Part shown: in pieces, positions 13,778 to 28,913 of the stretch | How the letters are laid out: each line of letters begins with the position of its first letter | How positions within the stretch are numbered: position 1 is the stretch's first letter | From: Octopus vulgaris | Lineage: Eukaryota | Length of the DNA stretch: 64,000 nt | Assembly: GCA_951406725.2 (NCBI GenBank) | Contig: OX597827.1 | Location: 4,960,001 to 5,024,000, forward strand | Direction of reading: 5' to 3' | Translations under genes and position numbers: made by a program | The notes under the pieces: model-generated | Seen by the model: only the letters and a program-made list of their open reading frames with translations | Told to the model about the DNA's origin: nothing | Databases searched by the model: none

Positions 13778-15608
13778 CACATACACATATACTCACATAT
13801 GGACACATGCATGTGCACACACTGGCACAAATTCACCCATATACCTTTAAAGGTATTCTCTTCTATACAAACTAAATATATTTTTGCAATGTGCATAATG
13901 TGTCAGGTATAAAAATACAAAATCTTAAAAAAAAAAATTGACTAATAAGTTGCACATAAATAATAAGGTTTTAAATTAGATACACAATAAAAATAATTAC
14001 ATTCTTAGCCTCGGTTATCTCGCACAGCATTCTTAATATGAAGGAAATAGGAGATAATAGAAAATAATGAATTTGGATATTGATCTTGCAAAGAAAGGTT
14101 AGTTTAATAAGAGAGAATAAATAAATAGAATGTAGAAAATGTAGAGATATATCCATTAATCCTCTTGCATCACCTATGATTAGATTTCATTTACTTATTT
14201 TTGATTAGGTACCGAGTTTGGGGGAAGGAAACCCATCACAGATTCTTAAGAATGTTTCACCAGTCCTTACATCTTTAATTATAGTATTTAATGCACCTAG
14301 CATAATTTATTCTTAAATTATAATTTATACAATTATGGTAATACATGTGTGTAGATGTTATCAGTATTGGCTTCTCCTAAGAATTGACTCATCCGCTTTC
14401 AAGTTGTTGTTGTTGTTGCTATACTCTTGCATTGCTGATTTGGATTAGAGAAAATGTAATCAAATTTTCAGTCTATTCTAGTATTTAAAAGATTAAATTT
14501 AGTTCTGTATTTCTTGGGAATTTCATTCTATGTTTCTTCTTCAATTTTAAATATATCATGACTTGTTAATATGCACTTTAATGAATATATTAGTTGACCT
14601 GATGTCTGTATGTGTGAGAGTGAGTGACGGAAAGAGAGAGAGAGAGAAAGGGGGAGAGAAAAAGAGAGAAGAGGTGGGGTCTGTAATCTTTCTGTTTTTA
14701 AAACTTTTCTCACCATAACCTCAGGCATCTGACAACTTCAGGGTGAGAAACTTAAAATTACTATTGAATGGAATGTTTTTCCATAATGAAGTGTTTTCCC
14801 AACAGTTTTCAGATGACTAATGGTCTGCAGGGTACGTTTCCAAATGAGAAAGCACCTTCATAAGCCAATATACAATCTTTAATAAATTTTTGAATTGTGA
14901 AACTGAGTAGGGTTCAATACCTTCATACCAGCTTTAATAATGAATATGGCCCTTTAGGTTATTGACAATGATATTGTCATCATAGTTGTTGATTGCAATA
15001 ACAAGCTGAGAAACATCAGAACCGATACACTGGCAAGAACGATGATTGTAATCTAAAGCACAAAGTAATCCAAAGACGGCCCAGGGAGCCTTCTTCTGTG
15101 GAGTAAGGGATCTTAATAATTCTAGCATAATCTGCAGAAAAGCAGCTGACCATCGTTTAGTATCTTCTATCCAATCAGCTTTGAAGGTCAAATTGGTTTT
15201 ACAAAGAGAAAACAAAACAGGAAAATGGTGTCACATGTTATGTCTCTTCTCGACGAGGAGTGTGCTTCTCAAGAAGATTTTATTATTTTTGTGCTTTATA
15301 CTATAAATTTTGTAAACAGTAGCTTCATTGGTTAAAGGTTCCCAAAAGCCAGTCACTAGTTCACTGCATTTCTGAGGCAAGAGTAACAAGGGACTCTCTG
15401 TAACTCAGGTAAAATAAATACCATGATGCTTCTGTTTAAATGCATCAATTTATTAGTTTTTTTTTCGCTGATGTGTACATTGACAAAAGGTATATACTTT
15501 ATCTATATATATATATATGCTCTCTATCTTTTATGTTAAAAGTCTCTTGACTGTCATTCCTTTTTATATATATGCATCAATTGAGATTGTGTGAAACTTT
15601 CACTAAAC

Positions 15609-15901
15609 CAGGGATCAGCAACTTATTTTTGTAGTGACCCACTTTTGATGTTTTTACATTTTCCCTTGACCCATTTGTATACTATATCACATCACACATT
15701 TAAAAATATCCAAACATATCACTTCGTGTCCATCACTGGCAAGATTATGTAAGCAAAAAAGAAATTTAAAAGTCTGTGGCACTAGACTTTAAAAGCCATC
15801 ATCTACTCAATGACCTACAAACACATTAAATATGAACACTTTTTGGAAAAGGTTTGAAGCCCACAGTAAACACCACAGTGGTTCAGTTGTTGCTGATCCC
15901 T
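15609..15901. mobile_element. hAT-type MITE
   Basis: TIRs CAGGGATCAGCAAC and GTTGCTGATCCCT. The left 8-mer CACTAAAC is partly repeated on the right (TAAAC), consistent with an eroded 8-bp TSD. Confidence 0.65.
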
Positions 15902-16140
15902 AAACAAACCAGCAAGATTTCAAAACTTCCATACCTTCCTTCTCCTACATAACATTTGTTCCATAACCTTTCCCTTTTCAAGCTGAAATTGCTTACAGTA
16001 ATCTGTAGGTGCAATAATGACTGTGTGTTAAGAAATTTGCTTTCCAGCCACATGGATCTTGGTTCGATCCCACTGTGTTCCACCTTGAGCAAATAACTTC
16101 TGTCATATACATGTCAGTGTAATTTAGTGGGTAGAAACTG

Positions 16141-16403
16141 TGGCAAAAGGCATTTGCTTCAGGTGCAGCAGAGTGTAATCAAATCAGAAACTGTACTGTT
16201 GTGAAATGAACTTCGTAACCACACAGTCATACCTTCACCATAACTATATACCAAACCTCTGCAAGCTGGCAGAAACGTTAGCATGGCAAAAGGCATTTGC
16301 TTCAGGTGCAGCAGAGTGTAATCAAATCAGAAACTGTACTGTTGTGAAATGAACTTCGTAACCACACAGCCATACCTTCACCTTAACTATATACCATACC
16401 TCT
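16141..16403. repeat. 120-bp direct duplication with a 23-bp spacer
   Basis: 16141-16260 and 16284-16403 differ at about three positions. Confidence 0.9.
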
Positions 16404-16941
16404 ATCTATAGATTAGTGCTTACATCAGAACATACATGTTATGCATTAGAAGGAAAGGATGCAAATTATGAGATCCCAGTGTTTAGTTGAACCTTAAAAA
16501 AACACTAAAATATGCATATTTAAACAAGAATGAAGATATAGAAACCTTTAACATAAAAGATAGCTGGACATTTTTAGGATGCAACTTACTGAAAATCATT
16601 CATTAGTCCTGTGCTTGGGGAAAGAAGCAAATTGTTGCTTAGTAGCTCCCTGATTACGGCTCGAAATGCCATACAACAGTTCTTAAAAGCGAGAAAGAAA
16701 ATTAGTAGTAAAGACTGATATCAGAATGCTGACTATCAGCTCCATTTGGGAAAAAGTGGTATGTGAATGTTCTAGCTATGATTGTGTAAGGGATGAAGCT
16801 TTACTAGTTTGCAAGACAGTGTGTTTGACTGATACAGGATTCTTTGAAAACAAGTGCATCCGAAATAACAATGACATTTTTAGGGACATTGAAATGAAAT
16901 GGATGGGAGTATGATTTTAGGATAATGAAAAGGTACTTTAA

Positions 16942-17162
16942 CCCTTTCATTACCAACCTGGCTGAAACTGGCTCTGGCTCTGTAATACAAATGTCTTGAT
17001 TTCATAAGTTTTGAATTAAAATCTTCTACCAAACTTTAGTCACACTTTATGTTCCTAACAGTAGCTCAATGATAACTAAGTTATTTTACTAAATTCTTTG
17101 TTACGTTTAAAGTAACTGAAAGAAACACAGAGCATCTCAAAATAAATACAGTAACGAAAGGG
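16942..17162. mobile_element. piggyBac-type MITE (~221 bp)
   Basis: TTAA|CCCTTTCATTAC ... GTAACGAAAGGG|TTAA; a second copy is at 44023-44244. Confidence 0.85.
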
Positions 17163-17600
17163 TTAAATGGGAGATGAAGAATGGCCAGTTACTTTTTTAG
17201 GTTAATTTCAACTTGATTACTCAGTTAACCAAAGGGATGTCCCCCTAATAGGTTCCCCTTGATTACTTGAGACCGGGAATGTTGAAGGTATGTCAGGAAT
17301 AGTTGCTGAGATGTTTGAAAGCATCAAACTACACAAATAGTTAAATGACTAATAATAATAATAATGTTAAAATAATGAGATAATGAACTTAATGCATACA
17401 GAGCTCAGGTGCACTTCATCGCATCAGAAAAAAATAACCAAATCTGCCTGAACAGATCATTGAACATTGAAGTCATGGGAGAATACACATCCCATTATGG
17501 GATTCCTCATTATGGGGTAACTTTTGGGAACACAACTTTTGTGTAATATGGGAAAGTTTGGGTGGAATTATGAAATAATTATTTTGCAATACACTTGTAA

Positions 17601-17995
17601 TCTCTCTCTATATAAAGCTGAAGTTGTCTGTGTATGGCAGGTTTGGTAGCCTTCAACTAACACCATCTCCTGCGAGACCATGTGGTGCAAAATGACCAAA
17701 ATTGAGAGTATGATAGAAGAAGGCTTGCTCTTTTTTCCATAGAAGAAAAAAATTCAAATCGGACCAAGTTAACACAAGAAATTATTTACATCAAAAACGT
17801 GCTTTTTTCTACGAAAATCCCTATTTTTTTTACAATTTTTTTTACTGCTGTGTCGCCATTTTTCGGTGTATTTCAACCAGAAAAATGTTCACTTAAAGAG
17901 AATAACAAGTTAGATAATGCAAAATTTTTACTTTTCAAAAATTCCAATTCTAAAGGGTTGAAACAAACTCAAGCAATGCTGGGCGATACTGCTAG
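17601..17995 (+). mobile_element. Non-autonomous Helitron-like element
   Basis: A|TC 5' end, CTAG|T 3' end, short subterminal hairpin (AGCAATGCT core), no TSD. Confidence 0.7.
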
Positions 17996-20900
17996 TATGA
18001 AATAAAAGTAAAATATTGAGATATGTTTACTAACACTGTTTGAATTGATGTTTAACTCTTTGAAAGGTAAATTTGTTCATTGAGTGCTCCTTATCCAACT
18101 TACAATATCATTTTCACCTGTCTTTTTTTTTGTTTCATTGTCACTAAGAACTAATATAGTTGTGCCATCAGATTTTTCAATAATATCTGTTATAGTTCTC
18201 AAAATGTTTGCAATTTTTTGTTTACAATATTTATCCCATTTGGTAATCCCTTATTTGTTATATTCTTGGTAATTATTTCTATATTTTGATTTATGGCCAG
18301 TATCCCTCTCTCTCTCTCTCTCTCTCACTCACACACACACACACTCGCACACACATGCACACACACACACACACACACACACGCTTTCCTCTTTTTTTTT
18401 TTCTTTTCTCACCTAATGATTGATTTAATGCAGTCTCCTATCAGGCTATTCATTTTTTTTTTTTCACGTGAGCTCCTGGATCTTTAAAATTTTAATGGAG
18501 TTTCTCAAAAAGACTGAGCCATTCATTATGGCTAATAAAGCAAAACTTCAGAAGAGAGAATTTTCAGAAATTAGATCACATGCTACTTAATAAATTCTTT
18601 GTGTTTATTGACTCAGAATGAAAGGGTGAGTGAGGTTAGTGTTGTTAATATTTCATATGAAATATTCATAATTAGTTTTGGAAAGTAATACATATGCAAA
18701 TATGGAATTCCACAGCACTTCAGTGTATGTTAGTTATACGGTCACATTGTTACTGCCATCATCATCAAAATTGACATCATCATCATCATCATCATCATCG
18801 TCATCATCATCGTCATCATCATCATCATCATCATCATCCTTATTTTATATTACTCTCCAAGTATGCCTGTTTTCCTATTACTTGAGATTTCTTGATGGAG
18901 AAGCAATTATCAGGTACTTATATCAAGAAAGAGAGTCCCCCCCACACACACACACACATACACACACACGTGTGTATCTGTTTATGCTATATGACTTATG
19001 CTATCTGGAACAATTGTGCATATTTGATTGATGCATATCTTAGGAAGGAATCTCAGAAAAGATGACTTAGAAAGAAAGTATAAATAAGTAAATTTTTATT
19101 AAGGCTAGGATAATGGTATCTAGTTTAGTGCAGCAGAAAGTATTGTCAGATTTGCAGAGAAGTAAAGAGAAATCATAGCTGCTGCTGATGGACAAAAATA
19201 CTGAAAGTTTATGCTGGAAACAGTTTCATTTATAGAAAGAGTTATCTAGTTTATCTAGTCACTTATGCAGTCAAAGAATAATAACGGTTGTAAAGTTTTT
19301 TTTTTTTTTTTTAATATTTTATTTTGAAGATTGTAAGTATAGAATATAAAATAAATGAAAAATAATAAAAAAAAAGATAAAAGACAAATAACTTTAATTA
19401 ACCGTGTGATGCACATGAATAAATATAACTGATGTTATGGCAACCTATAAAAACAAATGAGTTGTAAAAAGTGGGGAAAAAATAACTGATTTGTAAGCAA
19501 ATTGTTTTATTGATTTCATAATCTGAATTTATCAACACTTTCCACAAAGGAGGAAGTAGTACAACAACATTGTGACTGAAAATCTGAAATTAGATTAATA
19601 CTGCCAAATTATATCGTTACGCATCTGAATTGATTACACAGCTATACATTTTAGATAAGATTTTTAATATAATATTCAAATCTGTAGAATAATCTATGTA
19701 TTATTAGCTTCGTTGAGCCACTATGATGTCTAGAGTAAAAAGAAAATAAGTTAGGACTTTGATTTCACTATCACTTTGCCTGTGATACTAAAATGTAGGA
19801 GTAGAATGATGAAAATAAGAAGTGGAATAGAACCAGTGAGTATGTTCATTACTGGCATGATGATCCTCCTGTGATACAGCAAAACATGTCCGAATATACA
19901 AGTTCACACCAAGAATCTTGCAAACCAAATAATAAAATGTAATATAAGACTACATCCAAACAGAGAAAAAGATGAACCAACTGATTGACATAATGTAACG
20001 TGTCAACATGCACAAGTCTTTAAACCAGAGGGGTGAGGGTTCCTCTCTCTCTGTTATTTCCATTTCTACAGTAGTCTTGAGCCAACTCCCTTCTCATCTC
20101 ACACAGTTTCCCCTCCTTCTGTCACCTTAACTATGACCCTTCTCCCTTACCCTGACTTCCACTGACTCCTATGCCTTGGCTTTCCTCACTACAATATTGG
20201 CACAATGGAATTTCCATCCACATTTTTTTTTCCGTATCTGATAACATGGAGCTATTCAGTAAAAACAGTAATGCTAACAATCACGCTGGTCTCTGAATAC
20301 TTTCAAAGCAATGGACACAGCCCATTTCTCCATACTGCCAACCACTTCCAAAAAAATTATGCTTGACGTAAACACTAAAAATAAAAGTGCTTTATCTGCA
20401 ATTGGAGAGGGATAAATACAACAAACAAAATCAAACATAAAATGAATCAGGATTCTTTTCTACCCTGAAGATATACATCTACATTGGTGTTGATGACTGT
20501 TAATGTTTGGAAATGCAGTCTAGACTTGACCGTATCGTATTACTGGTTCATTTACAATCCATTTAGCAGTTTCGTTGGCTTTGTTCTTTCTCAGAGTATT
20601 AAAATATTAAAGAAATGAAATCTGACAAACTAGTTGAAAAACTTTTTCAGTTGCTTGGGTTAGAAGTGAAAAGAAAGTTTAAAGAGAGCCTAGTAAATAT
20701 CACTAGAAACTAATCCGAGTAAGTATAAGCACTTTATTAATAAGAAGACTATGTTCAGTGAATATGTATATGAAATAAATGTCATTTAAAGAAGTGTATT
20801 GGTAGAGAAAGAATAAAAATGCATAGTGAATTAATGCAAGTGATGCTTTATTAAGTGCAGTGAATTGGCAGAGGCATTACAACGGTAGATATTTAGAACA

Positions 20901-21699
20901 GCATTTGTTCTAAATCTCTGCACACTGAGTTCAAATCCTGCCCAAATCAATTTTGCTTTTTCCTTGCAATATTTATTCTGGCTTTTTGTGTCCTCAGTTC
21001 GAATTCTTCCATGATCAACTCGGTTAAGATACTTAATCCATTACCTGGTTCAGTACCAATATCTGATACTTTGGGTGTCTTTTGCAAGCATTTGAGTTAG
21101 GTCTTCAGTTTGAATTTGCCTTCATTCGTTTTTTCCCATCAATCTTGACACTGGTCATGGTCAAGGACACTAACTTACACACTTGCTTTGTTATACTAAA
21201 AAAATATAATCATGTATGTATATTGACATTGAAAATTTAAACCAGGAGTCAGTCAGAAACATATGCTAAGAATGATGCAGAATGCTATGATACAGAACTG
21301 TTGAAAACAGATTTCAAGATGGAAGTAAAGGATTGTTTTTTTAATGACTTTATCAGAGGTGAAACTGCAGCATGCATGATCTTTGCTGGGTCTCTAAGAC
21401 AGGTGAGGGGGAAAAAGAAAGACGAGATAACTAGGTTGCAGCAGGAAAATGCAACATATTTCAAAATTGAGTTAGGCTCTGGTATAAGGCCTGGTCTAAA
21501 TAGTTCTGATAGAGAAGACTTCATAAAAGGCCCCAAAGGATTAGATGGAAGTGTTAAATCAAATTACTAATTAAATCTGCCACTGAAGTACAGATACAGA
21601 CCAATGGGATTACATATGATTTCAATTCATTTTCACTTACAAGGTTGAAATAATCTAAGGGTTAGGAGGAAGAATTGTCTCCTTCACTGCGTTTCTGAC

Positions 21700-22060
21700 A
21701 GTGAGCTAACTTATAGAATTTTAAGATGAAAATAGCAACCAACATAGTATCTGTCAATTTACTGGGTATTGGACTTAACCCTAGTTTGCTGTGAACTCCG
21801 TATACACCAAACGGCCACCCTCTGTAAGTAGATTCATGTTTTAACCATCCACTAAATATTATTAAGCAAATACCTATAACGACAAATGATGAAGCAACCT
21901 TCCATGGATTTGAGAAGAAGGTCAGCCAAATACTCATCCATAGCTTCTTTGAAAACACAACAGCAGAGGACTCACCCATGACAGAAATACAAATTAAGAA
22001 AAGCAATATGACCTGGTTCAAATGACCATATAAGGAAAACTTAACTCACATGACAAATGA
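21700..22060 (+). mobile_element. Degenerate Penelope-like element, RT C-terminal region
   Basis: The plus strand reads VSVNLLGIGLN..PYTPNGHPL*VDSCFNHPLNIIKQIP and IKKSNMTWFK*PY, matching the Penelope NFLDxTLNL..PYxKPN..SNHPxxIIKQIP and RKRNIIWFNPPY motifs. Confidence 0.7.
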
Positions 22061-22115
22061 TGATTCTCCTTAATCAACAAGCACTTCCACACTCATCTTT
22101 ATTCTACAAGAACAG

Positions 22116-22154
<39 letters not shown>

Positions 22155-22481
22155 TTAATGACTACTTTTTTCTTCTTGCCTGGGTCAGAATGGAGTACAT
22201 TGGAGTAGTTTCCTTCAGCTGGACTCCCTTCCTGTTACCAAAACCCACTTGTTTCCAAGCAAGGTTCACCACTAATCTCCCACTCTAATGAATAACAAGC
22301 AGCTCAGATGTTTCTGTGAACAACTGGAAACAAAGGACACCAAATAAATTGGGCAGCATTTTGAGACATGGCCAGAAGCTCAGATGGTGGACTACAGGCA
22401 AATAACACCTTTAGTGAAGTTTCTGTTTACAATCAGTAAAAGAACCATGTAGTCAAGAGAAATACAATTTCAAACACACAT

Positions 22482-22616
<135 letters not shown>

Positions 22617-23428
22617 CGCACGCACACAGAGTGTTTCTTTTAATTTCTGACTACCAAATTCACTCATAAGGCTTTGGGTTGGCCCAAGGCTATAGAAGAA
22701 GACACCTACCCAAAGTACCTAGCAGTGGGACTGAACCTAATCTATGTGATTGAGATGTTTAGCTGTGTAGTTACTTCATTTAAACTGAATCTTAAGCACA
22801 CACATACATATGGATTCCCCCCCCCAAAACCCTCCTAAAAGGAAACTGATTTTGTTGCCTAACCACAGAAACCTTCCGCTTTTAATCCTCGATATAAATG
22901 TTAGACATTCAATGTCCTTTGAGATATATCACTGCATACCTTTTCTGTTTTTTGGTCTTGAAACAGAGCCTCAGTTCTTTTAGATTTTCTGTTACACTGT
23001 GACAATATTCATTGTGTAACAGTATTGGATTGCCTTGAGCTCCACTGTTAGTTGGACGCTATCTTTTGACCATAATTGGGAGTAGCAGTCAAGGTGGCAG
23101 AGAACAAATTTTCTTTATCATACGACAAGGGTGACAGTGTGGATGATAGAAAATACCAATATAGAGTGCGCTAGGGTTATACATATGTGTATATTATGAA
23201 TGTTTGCATAGAAGATATATATATGTTAGATCGTTAGCTCCTACACGCATTTTTTTTCTCTCCTTGTTTCTCTCCTTGTTTTTTTTCTGTGTATCTTTCT
23301 GTCGAAGAACGTAGCCTCGAAACGTAAAAGACTTGTTCTATTTCTAATCCTGAACACTATACTAATACATTTGTTTGTTTGTACTCCACCTGCCTTCGTC
23401 TTTTGTTTATTTTCATAAACCTTCCCGT

Positions 23429-23473
<45 letters not shown>

Positions 23474-24299
23474 GAAATTTACAGAAAAACGAATGGTGAA
23501 GACAGGTGTATGAACAACAAGCAGGTGTAAAGAGAATATGTGTGTGTGTGTGTTTATAGTGAACATTACTGTATATAAAGAAATTCTTAGATTTGTCTTT
23601 TGGGAAGTATTCTGTCAAAGTAACAGAACTAGTGTCCACTTTGAAGACTCACACACACACACACACATACAAGCATATTATTTTGGTTGAGTTTAGTCTG
23701 TTGCTACCCTGAGTTGCACCCATGGGTATACAGGATCTTTAAGCAAGTTATAACTTGGCCTGTAACTCAAACTGACTAATCAAAACAGAATATGTTATTA
23801 TGGCATTGAGTATTCTTTTCTCAGATTGGTAACATAGAAAAGATTAATGCCACGAAGAACAACAATAATGGTTACAACAACAATATGCAAACATAGAAGA
23901 ACAAACATACAAACATAGACAGATAGAAGCATACAAAAGAACAAACATACAAACATAGAAAGATAGAAGCATACAAAAACTTAAGGACCAGAATAGCCAT
24001 AGTATTAGCAGTGAAGATAATGGAAGCAAACATAGGGTCAGCAGAATGGGAGATAATAGCCATAAATTTAATGGTGGGGTGGGGGGTAATAACAGTAACA
24101 ACAACAACTATGAAAATAAGAATAATGGCAATAATAAGGCTGCGTACAACTACAACAACAACAGAGGAAACAACTATATAAACATGCAAACTAATACAAA
24201 CATTGCTGCCGACAACAATACACCACCACCACCACCACCACCACCACCGCCACCAATAACAACAAACTCAACCAACGAGATGGTAACCAGAGAAATGAT

Positions 24300-25760
24300 A
24301 TGATAGTTAGTAGTACAATGGGTATAAATGACACCAACGCTTCCCATTCCCTATTCTTCAATCCATGGGATAAATCATATGATATGAGCCGTATTTATCC
24401 GACAACCCTACCCTTCAACAAAAGAGTATGCATCCCTCAACAGACAAATGACAAAATAGAAGCTCGCTTCACCGTAGCCAGTACTAAACTTTGACATATT
24501 TTAGAACAATATACTAGTAGACGGAATGGTAGAGAGGCACAGCAAACTTGACAAGAAGTCTGCAAGTGGCCTGCAAAAGCTCATACAGCGCACAAGAGAT
24601 AGGGATGTTGTGTGCCTTCCCCATGGACAAGTCTGGCAGAATATTGGTAGACAACCTGCCAAACTACATCCAGGCGATGCAACCCCACATCATCAATATG
24701 AGGGAAACAGCAATATGGGAGTATGAGGAAAGAGAGATCCTCAATGCTCAATGATGCGGTCAAACATTCTAGGGGCAAAGAAGCACGCAGCCATTGACAC
24801 CCTGGCACTGTATGGACTGTGCAAGGACCATAAATAAGATGACTACTGACCCAGTGACAGGACTTCCGACAAGACTGGTCTGCGGAGCCAATGTTGCCAA
24901 CAACCACTGGATCTCCTACTTCTTCTAAATGATCATACGCCCTCTGATAAAAATGTCCCCAGATGTGTGTGATGGAACAGAGGACCCCCTCAGCAGAATC
25001 AATGAGTGCAACCATGCCTACAACCTGATGGGATGCCTAATAGGCAGTATGGATGTAGTGCCCCTGTACCCATCCATTGATGTTGATTTTGATGTGGGGA
25101 AATGTGTGAAGGGGATCAGCAAAAGTGATGTGGAGTTTCGTGGTGTTGACATAGAAGAACTAGTCACCTCCTGAGACTAACAAGTGACAATGATTACTTA
25201 AATAAATATGACCTTAGTTTTTTCTGCCCCACTAGATTGATAAGAGGTAGACCCCTTACTATAACTTCTATGGCCAAGAAGACCCCTAACGAGAGATGGA
25301 ATGGGTGGACTAGAGCTATACAGACCCCCCGAAAACTATGATCAGGTTAAAAAGATGGTCACACATGTAGTGAGTGTGAGTACCAAGACCAAACTCAAGG
25401 GCCATATATTCAAGTTTAATAGCAAGATATACGTCCAAGCGGAAGGTGCAGCCATCGGTGTCAGTATTGCTGGCGATGGGGCTAACGTATTTATGGTATG
25501 GTGGGATAGGAGACTTGAAGAAAAATTTGCAGAGAACTCTATAAACCTAACCATATACTCCTGTTATGTGGATGATAACATAGTAGCCAAAGCACCCCTA
25601 CAAGACAATGTTGATGATCTAGAAGCTAACACTATGGAGAGCATCCAGCAAATAGCTAACTCCATCCACCAGAGTATTGAAATAATAATAGGAAGCACCC
25701 AGACTATAGATTACCTGTTTTAGACATAGAACTCTAGCTAGAAGGGTAGGCCATACTGCC
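24300..25760 (+). mobile_element. Degenerate Penelope-like retroelement reverse transcriptase
   Basis: Broken ORFs give DKSGR, GSMDVVPLYPSID, FKFNSKIYVQAEGAAIG, ANVFM and YVDD in the expected order, with several frameshifts and stops. Confidence 0.85.
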
Positions 25761-25787
25761 GCTAAGAACAATGACAAACGCAAGCAT

Positions 25788-25828
<41 letters not shown>

Positions 25829-26167
25829 TACACACACAGATGCAAATGCATGCGCACATAATGATACACATCTTAGAAGAACAGAATGAAGTAAGTGGAG
25901 CAAGAGCACACATGAAAACTAAAGTGTTGCTGAAGAGGTCACAGATGTGTGAAGAAAGATTTTTAGACAATGGAGATGAGTTAAAAAAAAAAGACCAGTA
26001 ATATATGATGAGTAAAAAAACAAATATATAGTGCATGTGTTTATTTGGCAAAAAAAAAAAAAAAACTGACCATTCCGAAATGTAACAATATCTGTTTCAA
26101 CACATGATTTCACATCAGGACTCTTGCAACACAAATCAATAAACTGATGTATAATATCAGCTGGCAA

Positions 26168-26394
26168 AGGCGGCAAGCTGGCAGAAACATTAGCACACCG
26201 GGCGAAATGCATAGCTGTATTTCGTCAGCCGTTACGTTCTGGGTTCAAATTCTGCCGAGGTAGACTTTGCCTTTCATCCTTTCGGGGTCGATAAATTAAG
26301 TACCAGTTACGCACTGGCGGCGATGTAATCGACTTAATCCGTTTGTCTGTCCTCGTTTGTCCCCTCTGTGTTTAGCCCCTTGTGGGTAGTAAAG

Positions 26395-26399
<5 letters not shown>
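26168..26399 (+). mobile_element. SINE family B, full length
   Basis: A- and B-box-like motifs, conserved core and GTAGTAAAGAAATA end. Confidence 0.85.
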
Positions 26400-26433
<34 letters not shown>

Positions 26434-27370
26434 TATATATTTGTTTGTTTTTGTATATACATAATTTGACTTACTCCATTCCTTGGCTTGCAAGCATTTT
26501 TCAAGAGTTTAGTTCTTTATATTGACTCCAGTACCTATTTTATCAACCTCTGTTTGTCAGGTGTCTTGTTTACAGCATATTAAGAGACACAAAATAAATA
26601 ACCCTGGGCTTAAGGTTGATGTAATCATAAACAGAAAAGCATACACTTGCATACATGGGATCCAGACAAAATCACCTCAAACAAAACCCCCTAAGTTAAA
26701 GTGCAAAAGCAGACAAAAGTCCCTTGGCTATATTTTTTGGTGGTTTACAATAAGAATCCCACCACTTTTTTTTTTACTTTTTTCAGATTCCAATGTTGTT
26801 GTTATCAGAGATTCCGATTCTGAACAAAAATTGGCATTTCAAAATTTAGATTCTATCCTACAAATTTTTTTATCCTTGTGAAAATTATTTTTGGATTCTA
26901 CATAGAAAAATACAGCCATTATGATTCTGCAAAAGTTTTATTCTAAAATTTTAGTTTAAAAAAAACCCAAACAATTGACACCCCTTGGACCCCACTCAAC
27001 ACCTATATTCTGGATGTTTTTAAACTTGTTCATTCATTTGCACATGTACAGGTGATTTTCAGCCAGTCCATGCAGTTAAACCTAGAAGTTCTCTCCACAT
27101 GCTAGAAATAACAATTATAAAATATAATTATAACAATTATAAATTATAGCAATTTTTAAAATTATATGTAAACAAAAACAGAAAATACTGTTGCAAAAAA
27201 ACTTCTGTTTTCCAATATTCCAATTTTTAAATCTACAAAAATATATTCAATCGAAAATAAGTATGAAGAATAAAATAACAGAACACAAGAGACCTTACTG
27301 CCAAATGGACATATTTTCTGAATTCTAACATATAATTAACTTCAAATGTCTTGTACAAGTCAAAAATATT

Positions 27371-27413
27371 CATCACCACCACGACCACCACGACGACGAC
27401 CACCACGACGACG

Positions 27414-27477
<64 letters not shown>

Positions 27478-27635
27478 CCACCACCACCACCATTGCCACA
27501 ACCATCACCATCATCATCACCATCATCATCATCATCATCATTATTACCATCATCATCATCATCATCACCACCATCATCACCACCACCACCACCATCATCA
27601 TCACCATCATCATCATCATCACCACCACCACCACC

Positions 27636-27669
<34 letters not shown>

Positions 27670-27692
27670 TCATCATCACCACCATCACCACC

Positions 27693-27757
<65 letters not shown>

Positions 27758-27876
27758 CATCATCACCACCACCACCACCACCACCACCACCACCACCACC
27801 ACCACCACCACCACCACCACCATCACCGCAACCATCACCATCATTACTGATATAATCATCATCATCATCATCATCA
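27371..27876. repeat. Mosaic (CAT)/(CAC) trinucleotide repeat, ~500 bp
   Basis: Read directly. Confidence 0.95.
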
Positions 27877-28719
27877 CTATCTGTATCACCAACACCACCT
27901 CCAAAACTGTGACTAGTAATAAGACTACCATTACTACTACTAACAGCAACAAACTCGATCTCATTTATCATGATCATGATTAAAACTGTGTTTTAGGTCA
28001 AAAATGCTGACTTTTTGTTAGGGTCTGAAATCTCCATTGCCGAAAACGGTGAGATCCGTAAAAAAGATGAAAAGAAAAATTGGGTGGGTTGCTTTTTGTA
28101 CACCTCTGCCAAAAATATAACCAAGGTGGGGTGGGAGGTCTGAGAGGGTTTTGCCCCAAGGGGTGTTTCATCCTACACTCTGTGTAATAATAATAATAAT
28201 AATAATGAAATTATTGTATACAGTGCTCAGATGCACCACAACTTGTCAAAAGTGTGTATAAAGTATATGCAGTATGCACGTGCACACAAATACATACATG
28301 TGTGTGCATGCACACATACACAGACACACACAAATACATACAAGCCATCTGACAAACACACTCACACACACACATAAATACATACAAGCCATCTGACAAA
28401 CACACACATACACACACACACAAATGCATACACACACATGCACACGACAGGATTTTATTCCGTTTAGGTGATTCACATTCAGCACAAAAAACATTGGTCA
28501 GTACAAAAGCACACCTAAAGCTCCTCATCCAAGATGCCGCACAGTGAGATCAGAGCCATCTGGTTTTGAAGCAAACTTCTTAAGTACAAAGCCATATATA
28601 ATATACTGTCATATGTCACAACACTCTTCTATAAATAATAGTAGATATGTGTATAAATATATATGCATATTTGTACGTATGTTATATTACTTATACATAA
28701 AAAAATGTGTGTATATATA

Positions 28720-28750
<31 letters not shown>

Positions 28751-28752
<2 letters not shown>

Positions 28753-28913
28753 GGTTTGGTGATGATGTACAGGTATTATATATTAGAAGAAATGAGGTAC
28801 TCAGAAATTTGGATGGTTTTATATTTACAGATATTTATCAGTATGTTACATGTTTTTATAAATCATATATAGTAGCGCTTTCGTCCACTCTAGTAGAGTC
28901 TTCAAATTGAACT
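28751..28913. repeat. Dispersed repeat, copy 1 of an inverted pair
   Basis: Reverse-complement match to 29599-29771. Confidence 0.8.

Noticed and set aside
14934-15215. 93-aa minus-strand ORF with splice-like flanks, as a possible extra protocadherin exon
   Set aside because: The phase-0 reading from the apparent acceptor hits TAG within four codons, and there is no recognisable motif.
21285-21570. Overlapping 83-aa and 89-aa ORFs
   Set aside because: No domain signature or splice support; they lie beside a Penelope relic.
26168-26260. tRNA genes at A/B-box motifs
   Set aside because: These are SINE heads that continue into repeat bodies, and no cloverleaf is evident.
27233-27983. Long ORFs on both strands (poly-V/M, G/D, T/I, P/S)
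   Set aside because: They are translations of the CAT/CAC repeat, with no splice or domain evidence.
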